Positions 1 to 14,687 of a DNA stretch of 64,000 nucleotides are shown here, in pieces. The notes under the pieces are model-generated. The model worked only from the letters and a program-made list of their open reading frames with translations, was not told where the DNA came from and did not search any database. Source of the DNA: the human T2T-CHM13v2.0 reference genome, Homo sapiens. The stretch's first letter is position 1; every line of letters begins with the position of its first letter. The stretch lies in the NCBI RefSeq assembly GCF_009914755.1, contig NC_060926.1; one strand, given 5' to 3'. Made by a program: the position numbers and the translations under genes.

Positions 1-799
1 TTTTAATATGAATATTTTATATTCTTTTCACCTGCTGTCGATATGATGTGAAAATTGTACCAAGTTGATATGTTCAGATAAAAACTATTATTTTTAACAA
101 TTGCCTTGTTACCTATTATTTTAATGTTAGTGTTTACATATAAAACAATCTATTTAAGCAGTCTACAACTGTTGGACTTATGGATTTTCCACATCTTTTC
201 ACTATTATTAGAACAACAAAAATAAATATTCTAACTTTGATTTCTTTTCTGATAACTATTTTAGAATATACAGCTATAAAACAAGGTATATATAGTTCTG
301 ATTCATTACTAAGCATAAGTTTTTATATAAAGCTTTATGTTTTATTTTATAATTTTATATTACAGGTGCTCATTATTCCAGGAGTAATTCAGTAGATTGT
401 ATGCTGGCTTTGAAATTATTGTATCTTTGACAATTATTTGTTTTCAATTTCTAATTTTATTATGAGATCATAACCATTCCATTGCCAAATAACAGACTGA
501 CTTTTGTAAATTTTCATGGATATAAGAACTATGTATGTTCTTTAATTACAACACACAAAATAATATAAACTTCCCTTTAAATAAATTTGTCGATTATTTA
601 AATCCTCTGTTTCTTTGCTCATGTACTACATTGTCGCTTAATCCAATAATTACTAAAATAGTAAACACACAGATAAATATTTTGATGTTGTATATTACGG
701 GGGAAAAGCTAAAACTGAATTGTGATATATACTATGCAAATTTATGGAGGCAAATTTTAAAGGTGTTTGTACTATATGATCCTATTTTTAATTCATATC

Positions 800-2110
800 C
801 AAAAGTGAATAAGATAGAAAACTTACGTACAGGCTGACAACCTGGAACATATGGAAAATATCACCTTTCCCCTGCTTCTGAGTACATAACGATTTAGCAG
901 AGTATTGATGAGCACATGCATGTAAGGAAACCTCCTGAGGCTGAGAAAAGACCATCTGAAAGCATTAGAGAGAATGGTACTCAGTGTTCACACAGGGCTG
1001 GAAATAGTGTCTGTTTTTACCAATTAGACTGACAAACCTCGTAATTCAAGCGGTAGTAGACGGAGATTTCAGATGGGTCTCGCCTTAATTGTGGAGAATA
1101 ATGAGCCCTTTGGTTCCACCAAACACAAGACCCTGAATGATCACATTTTCCAAGTTACTTAATGTATCCAGAATAAAGATCATGAAAAAGAAAATCACCA
1201 ACCAAAAAACTGAAATTTGCAATATCTGGAATTCCATGAAAGATTACCAGGCATGAAAGAAGGAGGAAGTATGACCTTAAGAAAAATAAAAATCAATTTA
1301 ATGAATCCAGCCCAGAGCTGATATGGATGTTATAATTAGTACACAAAAAATTCCACGTATCTTGTTATCTTTTGAACAGAAGAAATACAGAACTTCCAGG
1401 TATCTCTTTATCTTTTAAACAGAAGAAATACAGTTGTTATAACTATAACTATATAATTATGTAATTTATTCTGTTCAAAAGATAAAGAGATACATGGAAG
1501 TTTTTTTTTAAGACCAAACCCAGACTACTGTAGTATGAAAACTACAGTTACTAAGCTGAAAATATACTAGATGTGATTAGTAGCAGATTAGGCAGCAGAC
1601 AAAAGGATTATTGAACTTGGTAAGTGAACCAATAATTTCCACCTAGGTTTACACCTCTCCTTTTAATATGTTCACTAAAAGACATATACATACATATATG
1701 CTCCGAGAAGCTGTATTTATATCTCAAAAATGGACAAAACCCAATGTCCATAAATATTAAAGTGAATCAATAAATCATGGTACATCTATACAATGGAGTA
1801 ATATGCATAAATGAAAGTTAACAAAAATATCCATCTATCAAAAGAATCCAGGCCCAAAACAATACATACTGTATGATTCTATTTACATGACATTTAAAAC
1901 AGGTATGGTGGTAGAAATCAGGGTAATGTGTACCTTTGGGTGGAGAGTTGCTTAGAGAGGGCATACATGAGCATCTGGTGTGCTGGATAAACCATATTTC
2001 TTGATAAAATTGGTGGTTGCAAGAGTGTGATCACTGTGATAATTCATGGAGCTGTATGTTAATGCTGTTAGTACCTCTGTGTGCCTGTGTTATAATTCAA
2101 TAAAATAAAT
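800..2110 (+). mobile_element. Old L1M fragments (5'/ORF1-like part followed by an L1MC/ME-type 3' UTR end)
   Basis: L1M-like phrases, e.g. 'aaaacccaatgtccataaat...aataaatcatggtacatctatacaatggagta', 'catactgtatgattctatttacatga', ending 'tgttataattcaataaaa'. Boundaries approximate. Confidence 0.6.
1345..1509. repeat. ~43-bp unit present as two tandem copies plus one inverted copy
   Basis: Copy 1 (1351-1390) 'ttccacgtatcttgttatcttttgaacagaagaaatacag'; copy 2 (1391-1433) 'aacttccaggtatctctttatcttttaaacagaagaaatacag'; reverse-complement copy 'ttctgttcaaaagataaagagatacatggaagtt' (~1469-1502). Confidence 0.9.
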
Positions 2111-3537
2111 AGACTGGAAAAATCAAAGGCAGACCAGACATACATACACATACACACAAAAGATGAGCAAAGCAAAAGACACATGATATCAAGACAATTG
2201 AGATTATAACATGGTTGGGCAATGATAAGCAATTCTGATGAAGCTGGATTCCAGGATATTTTTGGAGGGGGAAGAGAGGTAGAAAAGCCTGTGTATTAGC
2301 TAAAAGTGAGAAGTAAAAGACTATGCTAGCAGCAGGAATTGCAGGACCTCTTTAATTTCTCATTGATCTTTTGTTTGGATTATCTAGAGGACACTCAATA
2401 GGTAGTTCTAGATTTTTTAATATCATTTAAAATTTTTCTCATCCTGCAGAAATAGAAAACTTACTCCTAGGCTAAGCATATTGAAACAATCTATGACAAT
2501 CAACTTAGTGACATTTCTCTAAAGTTTTTATTTCACCAGTCATATTTTTATTTTTGAATCATGTTTTCATACTATGCATCATTCATGTCTTTCTGTGCAT
2601 TCATATTTTACATAAAAAATTAAATACCATGCTTCATATCAACATTCCTATGGAAGTGTCAGTGTTATTTAAAGTCATTCAGTGTCATATTTAATTTGCT
2701 AGATTAAGAAAGATGATCGTTAACTTTTGACAGGCCAGAATTTTTGGAAAGAAATTGTCTGGCTTTAAGCAACTAATTAAATTAACAACTACATCATTCT
2801 ACATACATTTTAGGAACATATCTGCTGTCAGCAGTTTTCTTTGCATTGCATTTGCCCAATTTATTATAGTTTCCAGTGTAATGTAAATTGACTGACAACT
2901 CTATTCTCTTTCCAAGGCTCTAATACCAATGCTTGACCCTAAAGTTTCCAACATTTCAGGCTCTTTGTTTGTATCTTCAGAACCTTTCTGGTGAGTCTTC
3001 TGCTAGCCTTTCCTCTGTGAAAGAAGAAATTTTGAGTCATTTTCCTTGAATAATTATTAGAAGTTATACTTTTCTTTTTTTGCCCCAAAACAGAAATTAA
3101 TGTTAATGATGTTGATGACATTGAATTGATTAATCTAATTAATTCCTTCAAAGGCTGCTTGCCATTATTTTTCAATCCATTATTAGTGAGCAAATGTCAC
3201 CACAAATTGTTATTAAAGAATGTATTTACAACATATTATTATACATTTATCACTTACCACCACAACACTGGCAAACACAGTCACAAACATACACAAACAC
3301 TCACACACACACATAATTTATAATAGCACCAGTTTAAATCTACACAAGAATATTCTAAAACATTCTCCATTAGCATGAAATATACCTTTATATTTTGTTT
3401 AAAGGAGTATTTCTGGAGAGCATAACTGTACCTTCTGTTTAGATAACTACACAAAATTTTTAATGCCCAAGGTATTATTTTGATACTTTGTACTGGGAAT
3501 AAATAATGAAAACATAAAAGAAAAGGAACTGAATTTT

Positions 3538-3630
3538 TATATATAACTAATAATCAGCATTTATTGAATGTTCTTCGTGTTATATATAACTAATGATTAG
3601 TTTCTATTGAATGTCCTTTATGTTATATAT
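3538..3630. repeat. Degenerate ~43-bp tandem duplication
   Basis: 'tatatataactaataatcagcatttattgaatgttcttcgtgt' followed by 'tatatataactaatgattagtttctattgaatgtcctttatgt'. Confidence 0.75.
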
Positions 3631-5379
3631 TTCATGTTACTTAGGGTGGCACTTCTAGGAATTTTGATACTGACAGCAGCTTCGAACATGACAAAGATGT
3701 GACTGAGGTACCGGTACGTCCTGTGGAATTACCGTCTGAGCTGGTGTTGCTATCAAACCTGCATTGCTTACCACGGTGATATCTCTCTTCTAAAAAAGAA
3801 AAGAGAGAGAGAAACAGATGAATTCCCCAGAAACTTCTTTTTAGCTGTAGACTAATCACCTGCTTGATCCCAAAATGTGAGACGAGTTCCATTTCCCATC
3901 GCTTGTCCTGCTTCCCTCCATTAAAAATAGTAGGTATTTGAGCTAACTTCTCTCAGCACATCATTTTCACAACTTCTCTGTAAAATGGGAATGATTTCCC
4001 TGGTGACTTTGTAAATTGTGTTTTATTGTTTATTTCTATTTATGTCAAAGAAAGATAATGTGAAATTGTCAAAACTTGCTAAATGTAATATACAAATAAA
4101 TGTTGGTAATTAACTAGAGTCTGCATTTCAAAAATATCAAATAAGTCATTTTGGAATATTCCTTATATAACAGCATTATATTGTTTGTGGAAATCAGATA
4201 AGAGCACTATTAGATGTAAGTCTTCTGTTTTGTAAACCCATATTTAGTGGGGTGGACAGGTACTCTCCTTCAAAGGAAAAAATATTAGAAACCCGTTAGA
4301 GAGTGACAAAATACGTAGAATTCTGATAACATTTATACACTCTTCGCAGTGAGTATCTTTTAGCACCACAGTCTCCGATGTTTCGGATGTGGCAGTCCTT
4401 GGCTGCTCTGTTTTACGTCTGCCACACTTCCTCACTTCTTTCCTTCCCAGAGTGGTGGGTTAATGGAAGCCACACACTCAGAGGCCATTCTACCTAGTTT
4501 TCTCTAGAGTCACATTGAAACTATTGGTGACTTTGCCTTTTAGTTCTTTTTCCCAGTGCTTTTTTTTTTAATTATCTCCTTAGGATAAATTATATATATT
4601 ATTAAACAAAGAAATCTTTCTCTACCTAAAAGAAGAAAAGAAGTAAAGAAGGAGTTGAAGGAGAAAGTGAGCAGAACACTCTTGTTGGTCAAATGTCTGA
4701 TTTATTTAGTCTTCCTGGTAACCTCTAAATCTCAACCAGCACTGCACTAAGACAACTACTCAGCAGGAAACACATTCTGCACTGTTTCTTCTATTTGTCA
4801 GACACTCATGGGCCACTTTCTCTGAATTATTAGTGTGGAACACCACAAATCAACACTTAAGATTGAGTCATTTGTCTTTAGAGGATTATAAGCAGAGCAA
4901 ATAGTCAAATAAGAAAGTGAAATTCACTGCTTTAACTGGTAGATATTTTGTTTGAGGATTATACTTCTAGTCTCTAAAACAGAACTTTTTATGCATTCAT
5001 ATTTGTTTCTAAATTCTCCACTTGGCCATCCAAATTTTCTTTCCTAGAGGCATATACAAGAGAGGATTCTGAGGAAGATGTGTCCAAAATGAGGACTAAA
5101 TCCTGCAAAGGCATAATTCTCATATAATGTTTTAAAATGCATATTGTACTTGCTATTGTTTTCCCCGAAAAGTCATCATGTTAATATTTGCATGCTATAA
5201 AGTTCACTTTTCATGGCTGTCAGACCATTGGCAAAACATTTACTTTTGTCTTAGAAAATAATTTTTTTCTAGGAAACTTTCTTACCCTAAAGCTTTTTAT
5301 AAAATTCAGCAACAAAGAATTGCAGGGGTGGGGTGGGAAAAGATGAGTTACAGAAGTTTAGATTTAAACCCTCGAAAGT

Positions 5380-5575
5380 GCAGCTTAAAGTACCAGTTTA
5401 GACAAAGAAGTTTGTTTACTCCTCCAACTATTAGTTGTAGAAACGTAGGCAACTTACTTATCTTCTCTGTCTTTACACCCTCATCTATAACATGATCATT
5501 CTACAAATGCTCAGAGGAAATTATGAAAATTGTATTATTTATTATTTAAAAGGTGCTTAAAAGAGCATAGGTAAA
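5380..5575 (+). mobile_element. MIR SINE fragment
   Basis: MIR core-like 'taggcaacttacttatcttctctgtctttacaccctcatctataacatga'. Confidence 0.5.
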
Positions 5576-5588
5576 ACATATATGAGTT

Positions 5589-5591
<3 letters not shown>

Positions 5592-5619
<28 letters not shown>
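5592..5619. repeat. (TG)n microsatellite
   Basis: Directly visible gtgtgt run. Confidence 0.95.
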
Positions 5620-6956
5620 AAGTCAATCTTTTATTATACAAGTCAGTGTAATTCTAAATCACCTGGCTTAGGGTGATTGTCTCAAACAGAAAAATATGGT
5701 GCTCAAAAAGCATCATATACATTTGTGTTTATTAATCTTAGAGTTTATCTTAGAGTGTCTTATAACCTAGGTAAATATTACATTTATCTTAGAACATTTG
5801 TTGAAGTTTGTTACAAAGGCATAGAAAGCACTTCAACAGGAAAATACTTTTGAAAGTAATAATACATAATGAAGGAGTGCTGTGGCCTTTTTGGGGGAAA
5901 GAGTTCTATAGTGAATTGGGATAACCCATTATTAAATGATAATTATCTGTGAAAAAAATCAGTAAATTACTTTTTCGCATTTGACTTCTATTACTTCTAC
6001 TGCTTATTTATGTATAATAAGGACTTGATTAGATTATCTTTAAAGTTACCTTTCCTTCAAAAGTTTCTGAGTCTCTAATGTAAGCGTATGCTGACTAATA
6101 ATTCAAAAATACTGTGACATCACTCTACAGAATATTTTGATAACTGTATATATTTTAACCAGATGGTTATATGTTATGTTTAGTCTTATTGTAGAATATA
6201 GTCTATATAACTCTTAACCAATTATTTTATTGTGTTAAAAAATTCTCTCTCATTTAAAAATATAAAGGAAATTTGGATAAAAAAGAAGGAATGCCGAGAA
6301 GAGAGAATCCTATACCATATGTCACATTCTGAATTAAAACTGTATAATAAATGCATTTTCTCACCCTCTGTAACAAGTAAATGAGGTAAATAGTATGCAT
6401 GAAGCCTCGTTGTCTGGGCCTGTTGACATTCCATACATATTCAATGAATTAAGTGGAAAAGAAGTAAAAACAACGCACCATTATATACGATTTCAACACA
6501 AAAACTGTATTCATTGATTTCCAAATGCAGGACTCATGTTATTCAATACAAGCTTATTGAAACTCTGCTATGTGCTAGAGACAGTGTACTCTCCTGAGTA
6601 AATTTTACCACCACCAACAAATAAATACATGAATGTGCCTATTTTTGAAAATGCTCTGAGAATTATAAAATTCGTATAAAATATGGCACTATTATTGCAA
6701 TGGTGAATATTTTCCTTATTGACATTTTCATCACATTGCTATTAATTATGATGTCTCTCATTTTGAAATAATGCAATTTTTAGAAACCCAGTAATTAATT
6801 ACAGACTATATTTTCAAATAATATATATATTTTTTCAAAGTTCTGCCCTGTTTTCTTAAATATAGGGTAGATTCTTAGGGAAGAAAATGTGCCTGCTCAT
6901 GACACTATATGCTCCAAAATATTTAGCATGGCATGTACCTTGTACATTTAATACAT

Positions 6957-7076
6957 GATTTTTTATTTTAATTTTTATTTGTTTTTTGGAGGGGTAGGGT
7001 AAAGATGAGATCTCACTATATTGCCCAGGCTAATCTTGAACTCCTGGCCTCAAGCAATCCTCCTTCCTTGGCCTCT
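6957..7076 (-). mobile_element. 5'-truncated Alu left monomer (FLAM/AluJ-like)
   Basis: 'gagatctcactatattgcccaggctaatcttgaactcctggcctcaagcaatcctcc' after a decayed T-rich tail; 12-bp TSD catttaatacat at 6945-6956 and 7077-7088. Confidence 0.85.
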
Positions 7077-7378
7077 CATTTAATACATACTTATTACATT
7101 TCTCTTTTATTTGCATCCTAAAGTTTCTCATATATTATTTTATCCGAACTGTATTTCTACTACCTCCAGCACACACGTGTGCATGCGTGCGCACCGACAC
7201 ATACACATTTTTCAAAATGAAGTTAGCATTAGTAATTTATATAGTAAATTTGTAATTAATGCTGTTGAATGAGGATGGTATGGAAAGAGGTTATAAAAAC
7301 TAAATTTATCACATTCCAGATTCTGACTCTCATATTCTTGATCATCTTTTATTATAGTTTAAAGGAGATTATTTATTA

Positions 7379-7915
<537 letters not shown>

Positions 7916-8608
7916 TATAAAAGTCGGTAAATTAAAAAGCGCATATTTTTAACTGAGCTATAAAGGCATTTAAGTCTGTTTTGTTCACTTAGATATACCT
8001 ATATTACCTAAGAATGATAAGTTACTTTTTGATCCTTATGTTTCTTATCTGTCAAAAGAAGATAATATCTCTAAGTCTTAAGATTTCTGAAAATATTAAA
8101 TGAAGACTTCTGTATTGTATAATTTTGAACTAAATAATTTGGACCTTACCATGAATTGTGAAAAACAACAACCAAAAAATCTGGGTAACATATCAACATT
8201 TACTTTAAGACATCAGAGAATCAACAAGAAATTAAGTAAGTAGCAGGCCATAAGTTGAAGGAAAATATAGACCCAGGGAAGCGAGCTTAGTATTTACGGT
8301 TAGTTTTTACCTGCAGAAATATGAAAATCTCAGAACAGATAATTTAGAATTTGAAATAAAGATTAGAACTTTCGGCTGCCTCTCTGGTAGAACAGTATTG
8401 ATTAAAGCCTAAGACCCACCAAAGGAGAGATCTATCCCTTTGTGCTGGGATCCAAAATGAACTCCCATAAGATGGGTAACCTGAAGCAGAATGTCTGCTG
8501 TAGAAATTGCATACCAGCTTCCAATGATATTGGCCTATGAGATTATGTGTCTCCTCTATGGAGGAAAATAACATCATTCTTGTTCCAAAATTATTCCTAC
8601 ATATATTT

Positions 8609-8611
<3 letters not shown>

Positions 8612-8664
<53 letters not shown>

Positions 8665-8671
8665 TATATAT
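8612..8671. repeat. (TA)n microsatellite
   Basis: About 20 TA units followed by TACA variants. Confidence 0.95.
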
Positions 8672-9889
8672 AAAAATGGATTAAAACCAGAAAGAAAGAA
8701 AATTAAATCAGAGCAATTGGAGAACTATATATTTAAGTAATCAAATAGCACATTTAAAATAAATATGTTTAATCTGTACAAGGTGATAGACTGATTTTCT
8801 CAGGGTTTTGAAACTATCTTTCAATTTTAGTACAAGTCTCTGCCTCTATTTTTTTTCTTTTTATTATTTTAAAAACATTAAAGGCAGAAGACTTTTCTCA
8901 AATTATGGTTTTAATATTATCTTTTTCTATGGTTATAGATTCATTCCTCATGAACTCCTATTATATCTATGTATATCTATATCACACGGAATCTCATAAA
9001 ACTTAATTTTTGATTAATTGATCTTTTATTTTTTAACTTTTAGTCCTTTACACGTTTACTGTTTTAAAAATCATTTTCAGGCAGGTGCTATCAGCTTTAT
9101 GCTCCTTCCCATTTATTCCTTATTATGGAAAATCAATCTAGAATAACCAACACTCTCTTGGCTTTAAAGGAAAATTAAAATCCTTTGAGTATTTTGGGAT
9201 GGAAGAGGAGCTTAAGTTATTTATAATGACAACAAAATTAGATTATTAGATTTTGTAATAGTAATACTTTATACCAGAAATCAAGGGCATAATGTAATTA
9301 AGATATACAAAGAGAGAAAACTTAGCTGAGGGTTTTATATCCACTAAAGTGACCTTCAAGTATAAATGTCTCAATCAAATTCTTATGAACATGCAAGGTA
9401 TTATGAAATATTGATTCATTGTCCTTCTCACAGAATCTAGAGAACAAACTTAATATGATCAAAGTGGCTGAAATGGCAACAACATGAGGATTAATAGTGA
9501 GCATTAAATATAGATTTACATATAGAATTAAGGCCAGATAACAGTTATGAGTAAGAAAGTACCGTATTTAATGTCTACATACTCTACTTAGATGCATTTC
9601 AACTATCAAATATGCAGCAGGATGTGTTTAAAATTGTGAAAAAATAAGTAACAAATATGAGAAAAAAATGGAGAGTAATCTTGCTCTTAGCTTTATATGT
9701 ATTAATTGGAAGTAAATTTTTTTTCAAATTAGATGCTAAAGAAGAGATACAGGAAGAAAGAAGAGCTCACTAGCTCATCTGATATTGTTTCTAAAGCAAA
9801 ATCTAAAGATAAAGTCAATTAAAGAGGGAAAGTGTATAATGTACAGGTAATAACATAAATATCATTAGAACCAAGATATAAACCTCCTA

Positions 9890-10262
<373 letters not shown>

Positions 10263-10937
10263 ATTCATATATCTATATAATAGCTTTACAGTATTTAAAA
10301 ATATAGACAAAAATATGAGGTTTATTAAACAAATTATTACCTATTGGAGAAAAAAAAGAAAATAGAGGACTCAGGAGCAGCTTTCTATAAATAGCTCATG
10401 TCTTCTGGAATTTACTTTCAAACTGGAACATACATAATAATTTACAAAATACAAAAAATAATTTACATAACATGAAAAATAAATAATTTTTTTTACTACA
10501 AAAAATTTAGAAAACAAACTCAGAAGTGAAATGAGAAAAATGAGCCTCTGTATCCAGTTAGTGATGTTATCAGCACAGTGTGAAACACATAATTCAGTTT
10601 TATATACTTGACCAGAAATAAGAACAAAAAGAATAATCGAAAACATTTTAAACTCTCTTCAGTAGTCACAATGTATCATTCTCAGAGCATTGGGATGATA
10701 ATTTGGCATAAACCAGTGCATAATTATTTTGGTGTCATTGAAAAAATTTAAATGGCTTTTCATCAGGAAAGAATGGCTTTATCTATCTAGCATCATCTAC
10801 CTACCTATCTATTTATCCAGTCTCTGAGATTTAATAATTCTTTGGTTACATGCAATTTTTCCTAATTCTTCCCATTGAAAATAATTAGGAACAATGGCCA
10901 ACTCAGTAGCAACAAGCATCACTAATAACCTAATATG

Positions 10938-11100
10938 GGGCTTGGCACAGTGGTGCATGCCTGTAGGCCCAGCTACTCTGGAGGCTGATGTCGCAGGATC
11001 ACTTGAGTCCAGGAGGTTGAGGGTACAGTGAGCTATGATCACGCCACTGCACCCTACACTGGGTGACAGAGCAACACCCTATCTCAAAAGATAAAATAAA
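10938..11100 (+). mobile_element. Free Alu monomer (FRAM/FAM-like)
   Basis: Single arm 'ggcacagtggtgcatgcctgtaggcccagctactc...ggatcacttgagtccaggagg...gtgagctatgatcacgccactgcac'; degenerate TSD aataacctaatatgg / aataatccaatatgg. Confidence 0.85.
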
Positions 11101-12283
11101 ATAATCCAATATGGTCTCTAATACCATAACATATCCTCTTGAATGAATCCAGGGTTTTTTAGAGAGATGGCTGATTGCAGCTAATAGTCAAAGGAATGTG
11201 CAAGATGAATGTCACACCAGAAAGTAAGACACTATCAATTACTTCTAGGGTCATGTCAAACAGTGGGAACTGCATAGTATCAAATGCTTACATTAAAAAA
11301 GAAGGTGCTCTAATTATTAATCTAAGGTTCTTAGGAAAGAAATTAGGAAACCAGGAAAAACAAAAGAAAGAAATTAGGTAAACAAAAAAGGAACTCATAC
11401 CAAATACACAAACAGGAAATAAAATATGAGAGATAAGAGCAGAAATTGATACAATGATAATGAAAAATGAGGAACAAGTAATGAAAGCAAATTTTGTTGA
11501 AAAAAAATCAATAAAATTGACAAATTTCGAATGAGATTGATCCAGAAAAATGGGAGAAGATACAAATCACCACTATTGAGCATGAAAGAGAGGACAACAT
11601 TGAAGATGGAACGATGGAATCATTCTGTATGGAACCATGATTCTAGATACATCATACATAGAACTATGATTTTAGATACAATTGTCAAAATTTATAGAAC
11701 TGCACACCACAAAGTGTACATCACTGTAAGTAAATTTTAAAAATCAACTAGAATGTGGGAAAGGGGAAAGACCCAAGTGAAATGCACATATGAAAAGTAG
11801 AATCAAATTGTACTATAAATGAAATATATACACTTACGGGGAAGAGAAAGAGAGAAGTTGATCCAAGTTGCTTTGAGTGGGAATAAAATGCTTTGAAATG
11901 ATGCGATTAGACGAAAGAACACAAATAACTTTACACCACATTGTACTATAGTTGGTAAGCTTGTTCTACACAAGGCTGTGAAATATAAATGGCATGTATG
12001 CATACTTAATACACACAGGTTTACCAGCTCTGTACCCTAAGAGAGTATAGACACATTTATTATTATATTTTTACATTTCACCTTGTGAAATGTAAAAAAG
12101 TAAAACGAATTTCTCAAAACAACTTATAGTGAATACATATTTGAAGGTGTTATTTCAATACAGGGAAGCATGCTTCTAAATAGAAGTTCAGAAATGTAGA
12201 AAGAAATAATGAATAATGAAAATTGTGTGCATATATGTATGTTTAAATTATATTTCACTATATTTATGATGTAATCAAGAAAA

Positions 12284-12657
<374 letters not shown>

Positions 12658-13451
12658 TGATAAACAGGTTGCTGGTTGTAATTTCTAGAGTAATCATCTA
12701 AAGAATATCAAAACTGTATGGTACAAACTGCCAATAAAGAATGAAATTGAAAAATCAGATTCACAATTTAAATAAAAACAAAGAGGAAAGAAAAAACATT
12801 GAGCAGAAGGGAAAAATGTACTGAATAAAAGTATGCATAGAAAAGTCCTAATTATAGGTGAAAGGACTAATAAATACAGGTGCATTAAAACTATGGAATT
12901 TTGTTTATCAAAAGACACGCCTATGGTTAAGTAATTTGGCTAAATCACTTTAGACAAGAGGGAAGAGGAGAAATGCTTGGGGTAGAGGGACCTAAAATGT
13001 AGATGTTCTGGTTTGGGAGCTTTCTTGATGTATTTAAAGAAATATCAAAAGGCTGTCTGAGACAGATTTAAGGAGAATACTAGGAGTAATAAAAAATGAG
13101 GTTAGAAATTAACAGAGAGCTAGACCAAGAAAGCCAATTTTTTTTTGTATGGATTTTGCCTTTCATTCTGAAATATGAAAACTGAGACTTCACCATTGAT
13201 TTTAGCACCCTGTAGTCCATTGAAACATAACAGATGTTACAGCACAATGTTGGTGGTGGTGTGTAGGTGGGTGGGTGAGGAGAAGGAGTAGTAAGAATAT
13301 TACGAAAGCCTGACTGGAGATTTAGAAAGGAATAAAGTAAACTGAAGACAGTGAGTACTGATGACTCTTCTAAGAGCTTTTGATATAAAAGAAGTGGAGA
13401 ATTAGGGTCCTGGCTCCAGTGTAATTGTTTTTTCCTTTTACTGAGAGAAAT

Positions 13452-14002
13452 TGATATAGGAGTTAAGAAGGAATTACTTAGGCAGATAGCAAGGGTATGG
13501 GAGTCCTCGGTAAGGCTTTTCTTCTTAATGAAAAGCAACCCCAAATCATTTTCCAACGAAGAGCAGCCTGCAAACTGGGAGCCAGCAGGAACTAAGGATT
13601 AGACATTTTCAAGATGGCGGCTCCGTCTTCCCTTCTCTGCTATCCGTGTGTGCTCTAAGGAGCAGACAAGGTGGGCCTATCAACTGGAAAGCCCATTTGC
13701 ATAAGATTAGGTTGGGGCCACAAGTCTTCCCTGTCCACTATGTAAACGTCATACATTATCGAACCAATCTATGAGCCCTGTGTAAATCAGACACCACCTT
13801 CTCAAATTGGACTATAAAATTCGGGGCATTTGCGGCCAGATGGTCCTTTCGGATCAGAGACGCCTTGCTCTATAGAGGAAGCTGTTTCTCTTTCTCTAGT
13901 AAACCTCTGCACCTACACTCCTCGTGTATGTCCTTGTTTTAAATTTTCCTGGTGCATGACAATGAACCCAGGGTATATACCCCAGACAACGTAGCCACTT
14001 CA
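13452..14002 (+). mobile_element. ERV1 solo LTR (MER50-like)
   Basis: TG...CA ends (tgatataggagttaag...gtagccacttca); 4-bp TSD aaat (13448-13451, 14003-14006); octamer ATTTGCAT at 13695-13702, CCAAT, TATAAAA, AGTAAA poly(A) signal. Confidence 0.85.
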
Positions 14003-14260
14003 AAATAACAGATTAATCAGCATGGTTATGTTTTTCTTTGTCAACATTCAGCTGCAAGGGTAAGTACACTGAGAAAGTGGCAGACTTAACAAGGCTTGTT
14101 TTTTAGCTAAACATTTAAAACGATGGTGCAAGTATTTTAGGATATACATAAATGAAGTGAGGACATAAGGCTTTAAGAGACACTGAAAAAGTGGAACAGC
14201 TCAATGAATTATGGGTCCTTGTGGGGACAGTTTTCTTGGTGTGGAGTTAATGGATGTTAT

Positions 14261-14687
14261 TGTTGCAGAACTTTCTCCTTTGTTCAGCTAAAACCAGGTT
14301 CTTGTCACACGACCAGGAAAGATTAGACTCGCAGACACATAGAAAGGTGAGTAGCAGAATTTACTGGGCAAAAAGGAAAAAGGGGAAAAAAAAACTCAGC
14401 AAAGTGAGATAGAGTCCTGCTAACCAGCCCTCCACCTCGCAGATTGATTCCCAGGTCACCACAGGAGCTGAAGAGGGCAGGCTCCTCCCCTGCATAAGGC
14501 AGGCATTCCCCATGGCTCCACCCAGTTCCCCCAGTGCACACGTTGGGCTCCAGTGCACTATGGGCATGCCCAGAAAAGCCCTGGGCAGGTTCCCTAATCT
14601 GCACAAAAGTATCTGATGTAAACTGTGGGGCAGGTGGGAGACTCTCTGGGGACCCCTTTTTATCTGCCTAGCCATTTGGCTGTCTCA
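14261..14687 (-). mobile_element. ERV1 solo LTR (MER61-like)
   Basis: tgttgcagaac...gctgtctca ends; 4-bp TSD ttat (14257-14260, 14688-14691); contains the GGGCATGCCC p53-type half-site characteristic of MER61. Confidence 0.8.

Noticed and set aside
13080-13556. 158-aa minus-strand ORF
   Set aside because: Spans an L2/LTR junction; any resemblance to coding sequence is decayed L2 ORF2.
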